DNA of 64,000 nt from Bilabrum cf. latius (Eukaryota), in assembly GCA_965178125.1 (NCBI GenBank), contig OZ237736.1, forward strand, positions 248,001-312,000, in the 5' to 3' direction. Position 1 is the first letter of the stretch. Each line of letters starts with the position of its first letter. Of the stretch, positions 22,603 through 33,500 are shown one piece after another. The notes below the pieces were generated by a model. The model was not told where the DNA came from. It saw only the letters and a list, made by a program, of their open reading frames with translations, and made no database searches. The position numbers and the translations under genes are program-made.

Positions 22603-25216
22603 ATATAATATGTCTGAGTCAAAGCACACACTACCCAACTACAACGACCACCCCAAGAGGCAATCGCACTGGGCAGGTCGAACGGATCAGCAAGCTCACG
22701 CCATGGGCTCCGCAAGCTGGGCCGCTCCTCCGTGGGGGAGTTGCGCTGCTTGCGGTCCATCTGCGTTCGCGATGCCTTCGTGTTCGATTGCGTTCGGATC
22801 AGCCGCCTCGTCCGGTGCTGCACCCTCAGCTCCTACTGCAGCTGCAGCAGGTACTGCGGGCACAGCTGGCGCTCCAGCTGCATCCAAACCCTACGCACCA
22901 CCAGCTCCACCAGCCTGCTGTAGTGCCACTCCTAGCTGCGCAACTCCCGCTGCCAGCTCTCCCACCTGACCACCAGCTCCTGCTGCGGCCGCTCCCTGTG
23001 CGCCGGTTGCCTCCCTCTGCTTCAGCAGCTCACAAGCGTTAAGGTTAAATTTGCTCGTGAAAGCTGCGTTCCGCATGGCGACCAACCTGGCGATATCCCG
23101 AGCCCAGAACCTGACCTGGGCATCCACTGACTTGCTCCCATTCTTCCCGAGCCGCTTACGCCTGATGCGTGCTAGCAGCTTGAGGACCCCTCTGGCTCCA
23201 TCTCCGATCCTGCCTGAAGGCTGGATCACAAAATCCCGAAAGATCACCGTTTTGGGATTTTTCAGCGTCTTCACTGGGTTCCCCGTCGCCCCCGTGGGGA
23301 TACGACCAGCCATCCTCCGGTGCGGAGGCACCTCCAGATGAACCTCCCTGTGCTTCCTGAATGCTCCCCTGACCCAGGCAGTCTCATCCTGGTAGTCCGA
23401 GCCCACGGGTTTCGCAGGTCCGGTGCGTTCCCCCTCGCGTGCTCCCTTCTTGAACCTCTAGTTGATCGGTGCGAGTGCGGCTTGGGCAAGCGGGTCCACG
23501 CAAGTCACATCGACTAGGATCTCCTTCTCCCCTGGTCCTCTGTGGATCACCAAATCCATCCTGTAATCCTTTCCCTCCAAGTACTGTCCCGTGTCTTCGG
23601 ATGACGCTTTATATCCTGTCGCGTGCTGGCCGATCCTGCACAACTCCCTCTTCACAGTCTCGTGGATGCCCGTGAGCCGCCCCTTGTCGGTGGCTCGCTT
23701 CAGCCTGTTCCCACAGCAGCTCATGTGTCTTACCTGGTGTATGTACCCGGTGCCGCATCGGCACTCGGGGTCCGGGCATACCAGGTTCATCTCAGCTTCC
23801 AGGTCGTGTGTCCCGTCTTGGTGCCGCATCCGCTTGAGCACCTCCTGCGCCTGCCTTGCCGATGGTGACGGTCCCATCAGACGCCTGCAAAATTCCTCTT
23901 GGTACCCCTTGTTGGCAGGAATGGTCACGCCATAACCAAACTGCTCCTTCACGTAGCAGGCGCGTAGCAACGCCCCTGCGTCGGCTGACCTGCAGCTCCT
24001 GATCAGCGCCCTTGCTCTCTGCATCTCCACTCGGGCCCTGTCTGCCCACTGTTGGTCTTCTCCTAGGAGGCGTTGTTGGAACCCTGGGATGTTCTGGAAG
24101 GGCTTCACCAGAAACATCTCCGTGCAGGCACGATCTGCAGCCTTCTTCATCAAACTTTCGTGGTGGCCACCAAACTTCATCGGATCGTCCCCAGCGAGCC
24201 GTTGCATATGCCTCAGGTGACTCTTCAACCCTTTTGCCTCCAACATGAACCTCTCCGGGTTCGCGGCGGTCCGCTTCGCCCTTGACACGTTGTCCATCGG
24301 GTCCACCTCGATGAACACTTTCTTGGCAATTTCCACCTTGACCTTCTCAATCGGGTCCGGTGTGATGAGATTGTGCTCCGCACACTTCACCTACTTCTCG
24401 AGTGCTGCCTTCGTCTCTGGGTCGCTCAGCATCTCTTCGAGTCTCGTCGGGTCCCACACCGACTTGAGACATCCTGGCATGTCCTCGTGGGGCACCGGTT
24501 GGTGCCACAGCTGGTACTTGAGGCGTTGGTTGGGGTCCTCTTTGGCCGATCGGACCAGTCCCTTCATCTTGTACAGTACCCAGCGCACAGCCCAGTCTGC
24601 CACCTAGAGCACGGGCGCACTGTGAAGTCCGTACGTGTCGTGTTGGTTGTTGACTGGGCCTGCGGTTGCCTCCTCGAGCTGGCTAAGCCCGCTCATGAAA
24701 TCCAGGTTGTACTTCATCGCCAGGCCAGTTAGTCCTGGTACCACATCGAGGACCATGCCTGCGAACCGTGCTACCAGGGCAAGACGTTCTGGGATCAGTG
24801 CAAGCCCGACTCCTCCCTGAGCTAGAGGAGCTTTCCTCTGGTGGCGGACGCACTCAGCTCGTAGGAGCTGGTCGTTCGCCCTATAGAGGCCTGTGTCGAA
24901 ACTGGCTATCAGGTCCGTGAACGCCTCCTCGAGGCGTTCAACTCTCTGCAGCGTCCCCCCTTTCTCCAGGCCAATGAGAATACCGCTCCTGCAGAAGTGC
25001 TGCCACTTGGGCTGGATGCACGTCCTGAACACGTACACCGCTAGTGATGGCTTCAGAAGGCCGCATAGAACGACCCCATTTGCAACATCCACCAGCCGCT
25101 CTCCCAGGTGCTTCTCCACAAACTCCCTGGTACGTGACACCGGGATGCCAGCCACGACGATCCCCGCTGCGTTCAGCGTGCCCTGGAGTCTCCCTGCATC
25201 AATATCCTCGCGGATC
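22603..25216 (-). mobile_element. 5'-truncated non-LTR retrotransposon with restriction-like endonuclease (CRE/SLACS-like), inserted in a (GA)n tract
   Basis: Flanked by the 13-bp duplication AGTGAGAGAGAGA (22590-22602 and 25217-25229). The uninterrupted flanking sequence exists at 55922-56427. Confidence 0.85.
22696..25215 (-). CDS. Retrotransposon ORF C-terminal part (end of RT, thumb, Cys/His knuckle, REL endonuclease) with 4 in-frame TAG
   Basis: Motifs VAGIPV, APLAQGGVGL, CPDPECRC...HMSCC, IHETVK, RMDLVI...ILVDVTCVDP and FVIQPSGRIG. Single frame through TAG at 24604, 24391, 23458 and 22891 to TGA 22696. Confidence 0.85.
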
Positions 25217-25799
25217 AGTGAGAGAGAGAGAGAGAAAGCGGCTAGGGATGCAGACTAGGAGCGGCGGCGACGCGGGGTGGGCGACGGATGGAGAGGGGAG
25301 TGGTGTGGGTGGAGCAGAAGGAGAGGGCGAGGGATGGGGGAGGGGGGGGGGTAGAGAGAGAAGGCGATAGATGGGCGGGGGGGGCAAAGCAGGGAGGAGG
25401 GGGGGGGGCGGCGGTTCACCAAGTGGGGAGGAAGAAGTGGAGGAGAAGATGAGTGGTGGGGTCATCGGGTTGATACGGCGGATAGGAAGGGGGGAGGCAC
25501 AGGCCGGGTAGGTGGGGGTTTGGGCATGTGGGGGACGAGTGACTCGGATCAGGGGGGATCGGATCACCCGACCACGTGCGGATGTGGAAGTTGAGAGGTC
25601 ACAATTAGACTCGAGCGGCAATCAAGCCGCGTGCTATTCGGGCGCTGAGGGGCAGCGCTCGCCAGTTTTCTTTTTGGTAACTTTGAGGATGGGCTCTCGG
25701 AGGAAACCAACTACAACCATGTGTGACTGTCTGCGAGATTAGGGTGCTGTGTACAACGTGTGATCTCATCAGAATTATGCTCCGCTCCTTAGAAGGTGA

Positions 25800-26370
25800 C
25801 AACTGATAGAAGCCAAAATTTATGTACTACTTTTGCATAAGAATATAAAATATAATTAAGTGCAAAAGTGGTACCGATTTTCGCACTAAAAAGCGATACT
25901 ACTAAGCAACTCGAGCCGACAAATTCTTTCTTTGGAACAACTTCTAGAATTGACCTTTGGAATCCACCACAAATTCTTGTACCAGTTTTGTATCAGCCAA
26001 AAAATATGTACCAGTTTTGTATTAAAATATATTATTGTAGTTAGTGCAAAAGTGGTACGCCCCAATTTTAAGAATTAAAGACAGAAAGCCAACATCCCTC
26101 GCCCCGCACCCACAGTATCACCCAGTTTTTAAGTGTCTTGTATACAGACAGATACCTGAAGATTCTTATATTGATTTTGTAGCGACTGACACCCAAAATT
26201 AACTCATTCTATCACAACATCATCCCAAATCATCAACCCCACCACACCCCATCCAAACCACAGCACACCCCCCCAGCATCTGCCCACACCAACACAAATT
26301 AACACGAAAACCCAAATCTAGATTCATACCACAGTATTTATAGCATAGATTATGAAATGTGTAGCAAGCG
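25800..26370. repeat. AT-rich subterminal region of the TIR element with short internal repeats
   Basis: Markedly AT-rich against the GC-rich host. An imperfect ~65-bp duplication (agccaaaa..tatgtac...gtgcaaaagtggtac) occurs near 25812 and 25996, and gtaccagttttgtat is repeated. Confidence 0.6.
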
Positions 26371-26560
26371 ACCAATTCGAGAAATTAACACGAAAACTCC
26401 CACATCCATCCCCACACACTCACCCCTACCTCCACCCCACACCCTCGCTTTACCCCCTCCACACACCCCATCCCCACACAGATCCTCTCAGTAATCAACC
26501 ATTCCACGCACGATTTGACCCATTAAGAGCAAAATCCACTTGCACAAGTGGACGGCGTCA
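26371..26560 (-). repeat. Right terminal inverted repeat
   Basis: Reverse complement of the left TIR; ends ...GGACGGCGTCA followed by ATTTG. Confidence 0.9.
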
Positions 26561-26699
26561 ATTTGGACGTTGCGAGTCTAAAATGGACAGGAATGCACAG
26601 CAAATCGTGCGTGGAATGGTAGAATGGAAGAGACAGTAATACCGCTCAGAAACACGACTTGTCCTTAATATTTTGCATAGAACAGTGTACCTGCTTCAA

Positions 26700-29001
26700 T
26701 CACGGCTTGTCCTGCAATGACCTCTGCCTCACCGAGTGACCGACCGACGCACCCCCCGACGCCTCGACGGGCGAGCTGGGCAGCTCCATCTGATCCATGC
26801 CTCCTGCGCGCTGCTGGTGCTCGGGCATCTGATCCAAGGGAAGCACGCGGCCGTTGCCCCAAGAAGCAGACGACTACGGTGGCGAGGAAATCGGCATGCG
26901 GGTGGGCGTTGCGTCTGGCGGGTTCCATCGTCTCCTGGATCGAGAGGCGCTTCGCGACTGACCTCCCGCACGGTCCGCCGGCCCGTACTGCAACCGCTCG
27001 TCCGGAGGCGAAAACCCTCCCTCCTCTTCATCTCCCCCATAAACTCCCACATAGGATTCTCCTCCCAGCTCGCGGGCGCACGCCCCACTGGTTCGCCTCG
27101 CCAGCGGCAGCCTCCCTGAAATCTTTAGTTTCGGCAAGCCCGCCCCCCTCTCCACCACGCCGTTTGCAGCACCCTTGCTGTAACCTTTTCCGTTCGCGTT
27201 CGGCTTTGCCATCCTTGATGCCCTCTCCTAAGCCACTGATAGGATGGCAGTCAGCACGAACCATAGAACCATCCCGCACACGAATGTCATCCACACCGTC
27301 TTGCCCCAGTCCACAACGCTCATGCTTTTCGCGTACATCCAGTAATGATGCACCGTGCCCACGAATCCGTCGTCGTCCAATCCAACCAGAGCCTTGCTGA
27401 CCTCCAGCCTGACAGCCGCAGCGTCCTCCAGATCGAGGCAGCTCGCGGCACACGCGCCCTCGCCCCTGGCGGCGAAATGGTCGTGGCAGCACGCCTGGCA
27501 CTTGGACAGGACTGTCTCTGGCACTGCCACGGGCAGCGATGGCAGTGCCCAGGAGGTCCTAGCTGTAGGCTGTCCCCCCGTTGTTCCCTGGGGAACACCG
27601 ATGGCTGCCTCAATGCCGAGGGCCTCCTCGGGAAGCTGCTGCCGCTGCGAGTCGAGGGCATACTCAGCGATCAGGCGCGCTTCACCATCCACTAGTGCCT
27701 ACCTTGCCCTCTCCCCCACCAGCACCGCATCCACCGCCGGGTTGGTGCAGACCTGCACCTGCTTCTTCATGAGCTGTGCCTCGACGAACTCGATGCCGTG
27801 GGAGACTCCGGGCACGAAGGGCTGCAGCCAGGCACGGATCGCCTCTAGTGCCGCTGGGGAGAAGATAACCGCGTATGCTGCCGCCTGCATGGACACTTTG
27901 ACGCACGCTTTCCCAACGACTGTCGCCGCAAAGAAGGTAAGCAGCGGTACGCCGCAGTGCCCGCAGGTAAGTCCGGCGAGGTCGAAGAAAGGGTTAGGGA
28001 CCGAGGCCGCGAGCAAGACCGCCCAGAAGCCGTATTTCTCCACACCGTTCTTTACAAACTTTTTCATCCACGTTGCTCCGCTGTGGAACATGCCGACGAG
28101 CGGTCCGCATAATGGCCCGCAAAAGCTGGTAGTATCCGCGTCGCCCCGTTTGCTGGGGTTCGCCCTACTAGCACCATTCCTTGCGCCTGTGCTATGTGAA
28201 ACCTCGATGCTGTTCTCTTCCACCTCCCTAATTTCGCTTACCCTCCTTCCAGCCTCTGCTGCCGCTTTCGCCACGAAGTACGGAGGCAGCTCGCCGACGG
28301 CAGTGCCAAAGCCCCACAGAAAACAAACTAGCCAGACCTTGCTGACGATTCCTAGCAGTGAAACAGGGGGTCTCCTTTCACTGCGGGTACAATTCGGCGC
28401 AAGCAGATACTCCGCGGCAGTGGTGAGAGCCTGGCGGGGTGGTGGTGTGGGGCGAAGGTGCAGTCGGCGTCGTCTGACTCACGGGTCTCCGGGAGGGCAA
28501 TCGAATGCATCCTCGTCGTACTACAGTTCGATACCATACGAATTTATTCTGGCCGAGAAATCGAGGGAATTGCACGCCACCGCCGCAGTTGCTACCCGAA
28601 TAATGTGTGGGCCTGTATACAGGAGAAACGTGTGTAGGCCAGAGCCCAGCCCTACCGATGATAGCACCCCCATCAAAATCCAAAAGACTATGGATTCAAT
28701 AGACTCAATGCTCTGGGTCTGGTATGCCTCAGCCCCCGGAATAGGGGCAACCAATGAGATGACTGCAGCGCCAATAAGAAGTATCGCACCCATGACTGTT
28801 ACCGGGTTGCTTCGGATCCATCGTTGAAGCCTGCGCAAATAGATAGAAAGTAAAATCGATACACCAGTCGTTACCCAAGCTTGGTCAAGTGCGCATGAGA
28901 AAGGGGTGGTGGGCTTACGATTGAAACAAGTCAAGTATACTTCCGTAGAAATGCACGGCAACTCGAGTTGGTCGTGTCCACGACAACTCTGCAGTTTTCA
29001 T
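26700..29001 (-). CDS. VMP1: Vacuole membrane protein 1 (VMP1/TMEM49); exons 29001-28919, 28830-28483 and 28380-26700; 4 in-frame TAG
   Basis: Motifs [42 protein letters not shown] and [21 protein letters not shown]. Introns GTAAGC..GCAG (28918-28831) and GTGAGT..GCAG (28482-28381) restore the frame. TAG at 28521, 27699, 27228 and 26874; ends at TGA. Confidence 0.92.
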
Positions 29002-29381
29002 ACAGCCAACCCTGCACTTGATACTACCTAAGTGCGTGGAGGGCGACAAAAGTAGAATCGTTTTTGATTGGCCTCAAAGTATCAGCGAACGTTCCCCGTC
29101 ATTTTACGCTTCGTCCGGCGTTTGGTGCTATTGTGGCCGCAGATATGTAGGAAATCACTTACTAAAGTACAGAACGATTCATATTGTGTAGACATTTGTC
29201 GTACTATGCACTGATATCTTGGGACTGGTGCCCAAAAGAGGGATACTTGTTCCAACAACAGCTGCTCAGTCCTGTAGCCCACAGTGCTGCCATCGCTGGA
29301 CCAGCAGCGTGTGTCACTTTATGTTCTGGCTGTACAGGCAGTGAGAATTGAGCTGCGAGCGCCTCTTCTTAAACGCCGGGT

Positions 29382-29912
29382 ATGGCAGCCTCTGCAACCG
29401 TGGCTGTGATGACTGGCGAGACCGCATGTGGCGGTGAGGCTCATGACCGATCACACAAGTAGGGTGCCCGGGTTGATAGATCATCAAGTAGTTGTACTCA
29501 TGTTACAGCAAATGTAGTGGACGATCCGCTCGCTTTCCTCGATACAAAGGAACCAGAGCGACGCGTAGTCTTGTACGCGTCATCAGAGCGCAGGACCGTG
29601 GTGAAGTACGAAATCGTTGGGGGTGCATTGCAGTATTCTCTAGAACAGCTGGCAGGCGACAAGAGCCTTGTTCGCCCGACACATGTGACAACGTTCCAGG
29701 ACTTCAAGGAGAAGCGGTTGGAGGAATGCCGTCGGACCGGCCAGGGGACCGTCGTGCAGTTCTTCCTGGTAGATGATTGGTGCGAACAAATGACGGAAAT
29801 TCCTAGAAGTGTAGATGTCTCGTTTAGGGTCAAAACGAAGCTCCCTGAGCCGCGTTTCGCCGTGCAATTCCCGCCGAGAGTGATGTCCGGGGACAGTATC
29901 CGGCTGGGCTGA
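29382..29912 (+). CDS. Hypothetical protein, 176 aa (1 in-frame TAG)
   Basis: ATG 29382 runs in frame through TAG 29460 into ORF 29517-29912, ending at TGA. Globular-looking composition. Confidence 0.5.
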
Positions 29913-30032
29913 GCCGCGTGTTGATGTGCAATAATTCAAATGATGTTATGTGCCGCCTGCCGCTCACTGTCAAAAGCATGGCGCTCTCAACGACGACGAG
30001 CAGCCGTTCATTGTTAAATACAGCGGCGCCCC

Positions 30033-30096
30033 CAGCCTGAGGCATGGCCATGGGGCCACTGGCAGCCTGAGGCATGGCCATGGGGCCACTGGCAGC
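30033..30096 (+). repeat. 30-bp tandem duplication
   Basis: cagcctgaggcatggccatggggccactgg occurs twice, plus a partial third copy. Confidence 0.8.
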
Positions 30097-30508
30097 TGGG
30101 GTCCACGGCCGTGGATGTTCATGTTACTCGAGTGCTCATCGCCCACCGCACCTTGTCATTTCCCTCTACCTCCCCCCGCTTGCCTTCAATTTCCTGGGTA
30201 GACCCCCATTCCCCTGTTTTCTAGTCAGCACGCTACATTGGGCTTCCGGGACACTGCTCCGATGCCGACCCCATGCATGCCCCGGCGCCCGACTGGTTTC
30301 ACCTTGCTGCGACTGCTGCTCCCGCACGGTCCACCCCTGCCAGTGGTTCGGGTCGCCCCCCCGGACTAAACTACGCGGGTTCAGACGCGACACTCCCGTT
30401 GTCCGACATGGCCCAAGAGATTCCCTGAGACAGCGAACGTTCATAATCCTGTCGCGGGGTTCGCTAGCAAATGGGTGAGCCACTCGTCCAGTTCAACCAA
30501 GGCGCGCC

Positions 30509-33500
30509 ATGCTGCCTTTCGAGCATGTGGGCCCTGAATATAATCGGCTATTGGAGTAGATTCATGCACGAATCAACGACGATCCGGGCTTTGGGAGCCT
30601 GTCGTCCGACGAGCTGAGCCGCCTGGTTGGATTGCAACCGCTGAGCAAGAGCATATCTTTCGAGGAGAAGGCTCCTTCTTGGACAGACAAGTGCCTGCGC
30701 AATACTATACTCATTTTGATGCTGCGAAATGGGAGCTTGAGACGTAGAGTGGGCAGCTAGGCGACGTCGAGGAGTGATGTTGCTTCTCTTACGGGGTGGG
30801 CTGGGCACAAGCTTGTTCGAGCAGATGATGTTGCAGAGTACATTGGTACTGTATATGCTAGAAATCAAGAGAGTATTGCGCTGATCCCAGCGGAGGAAGA
30901 GTTTAGCGCTTGGCGCGATCCCCGACCTCGGCTATCGCACGGACTTCACGATTCCTACGAGACCACGTTTAAGTATCGTAATGATGCTGCCCCGCAGACG
31001 TCCTCACATGTAGCAGATTCCGAGGCTAGTAGCCCGGAGGCTACGGCTCTCAGCGCGATTCGAAAATCGCTCGAGGCTCTGGAGGCGGCTGCCCTCGAGA
31101 TTGGCGGCATTGACCTCAAGCAGCTGCAAGTGCCAGGCACATCCGATGACGAAGTAATGAAGCAAGTGATCTCAAAGGCCGTCACATCAGTTCAATCAGT
31201 GCAGGACACGATCGCGCCAGTCATTGACCTGGTCGCATCTCCAGCAGCAGGCGATGGCACCATCCCAGCCGCGCTGCAGATGGCCTGCTTGTTGACTGGA
31301 CAGAAGATGCCAGCGAGACACGCGGACCCATCGTATCATAACAGTAGAAAAGGCTCTGTCCCTGGAGATGACGACGCACCTACTAGCGGCTCTGGCTCCG
31401 ACATGTCCTCTTCCTCGAGTGCAGCAGACGTAGCTGCGGCCCGCGAGAGGCTCGATGAGATGAGGCTGGTCCTGCTCCACGCAGCACTTTTGACAGGCGT
31501 GCTGAAGCATAGCAACGTCCATTTCTCTTCAGGTTAGAAAGTGCCACCAGCTGCGCCCTCTGCCGACGCTGCCGCGACGCAGAGTCCCAGCAAAGCCACT
31601 TGGGACCGCGCGACGACCGCCATGCAGAGGATTCACGCGATCTTCCTCCTCATCAACTTGGGAAGGCACATGCCGTTGGAGGAGCTGGGCATCCATGGAG
31701 GTGATTCGCAGCCCAAGCGTGACGCTCGAAGCGATGAACATGAATCCAAGGCAATGAGTGGGAGGCATCGCTGGCTAGATGTTGCTCGCCTGGGAGTGGT
31801 CGATGCTGGTGGTGGTGGTGGTGGTGGTGGTGATGGCTACAGTGATGACGATGAATAGCTAGAGGAAGATAGCCGCCGCGATCGAATGATGATCTTGCGG
31901 GTGGAATGCATGGCGCGATCCGTGGCCGCCCTGCAGTCCGCGTCACAGACCTGCGTGCCTCTTGCAGAGGTCGCACCGCCCGACCTAGCAGCGGCAGGCA
32001 AACGTTGCCTAGATGCGTTTCAGCACAGGAGCCAACTGATGGACAAGACCCTGGGTCAATCGGAGGGCATGGACACCGATTGGGCCATCGAGCAGATTCT
32101 CAACAGGGGGCAGCGGCAGATACAGGCAGAGAGCACGATGAAGGAAGGCCGCAGCATCATGAAGAGCCTTGACCAGCACAAGCTCTCGCAGCGGATGGGT
32201 TGGATTGCGTCCATGCGCACCGGTATGTTTGGTACAAGGCTAGAAGGCACCGATGCTACAGTCACTAGCTGTACCAGCTCATCTGCGACTGGTGGTTTAG
32301 CTGGTGCAGCCACTGGAAGCGGGGCTGCGACACCTGAGTCAACTGGTGCAGACCAGCTGGAGGTTCCCATGTTTCGGGGCTTTGGTGTTCAAAACCGCAT
32401 GGAACTTTCAGTGCTAAGCGCTCTGCTCGGGCGATCGAGACAGAGGCATGACCCAAGCTACATTGGCGTGGTCTTTGCGCGGTGCATGTCCACCATGAGG
32501 CCCTTGATCTGCAGGGTCAAGGCAGAGCTCGAGACCCTTCCGCTATCAGTCAAAATTCAAGCAGCCCAAGCGAGTCGGCAGAAGCATGTCGATCGGGATG
32601 AAAAGTTTAGATTTCGTTCAGCGGCCTCTGACGTGGCAGCCTCCAAGGAGTGCCGCGATTTCCTGCCTCTCGCTTCGCGAGCAGCGCTCATGAGAGTAAT
32701 CTGTGAGCTGCTGCAGCTGTGGAGTCCGTCGCAGGTTCACGCTGCCGCGCACTCGATCGTGGCCTTGCTGCCCATGCTCGACGCCAGCCTGTCAAGCGTC
32801 AGGCTGTCCAGAGATGGGCAACTGCTCGCTGACTTGAAGCCGGTTCGTAAGGACGGGTGCTTTGGCCTGGTACCGCACGGTGACCCCGCGACGAGCCTGC
32901 TTGTTGCGATTGACGCGTGGTACGAGGCAGCGCAAGCACTCTCTGCCTTCCTTCCGAGCGGCGCGTCCAGTGTGGAGGCCGACTCTTTGGCCACTTCTTC
33001 TTCTTCAATAGACGAGGTCGTCAGCATGAGAATTGGCTCGTCGCCTGCCTACCTCGGATCCACGTGGCTGGCGGGGCTTCTGACTGTTTGTCTGACGGGC
33101 AGGATCGTGCGGTCCTCGCTATCGATAGGGGGTGAATGTGTGGACGCATAGCCGGGTGAGTCGGCTGGTTCTGCCAGGGCTTTTCATCGATTGTCTGGAA
33201 GCAGTGACGAGGTACAAACGATCCACAGCCTCCTGGACCCCATGAAGGGTGTAGAGTCGCTGGGCAAGGAGCTCGAGCAGATGCATGCGGGCCAAGCCAT
33301 TGCAGCCACGGGCGGCTCGCGCCACAACGGCCTGGCATGGTCGCAGCTGATGGCCCTATTCGTGGCGAGCTACTCTATATTCAATCCGTTTCCTCGTGAC
33401 AATGATCGCGATGAAACCATGATGCGAGACTTGGCCATGAGGGCCTTCGTGCCTGCCGCTGTGCGTGCGTCCAGGACGTTGCTCGGCGTTCACCACGGTG

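Larger units (their letters stand above)
20192..26560. mobile_element. TIR-bounded, apparently non-autonomous element (TG...CA ends, 5-bp TSD ATTTG) carrying phage/virus-like ORFs
   Basis: 20192-20215 plus 20266-20436 is the near-identical reverse complement of 26371-26560. ATTTG flanks both ends (20187-20191 and 26561-26565). It sits between two convergent host genes. No transposase or integrase recognised. Confidence 0.75.

Noticed and set aside
20192-26560. Complete virophage or Polinton
   Set aside because: The element is too short, and no capsid, packaging ATPase, polymerase or integrase was recognised. At most it is a non-autonomous derivative.
27355-28827. 490-aa plus-strand ORF, and similar ORFs at 17674-18714, 48023-49219 and 5915-6859
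   Set aside because: These are antisense shadows of recognisable genes in GC-rich DNA.
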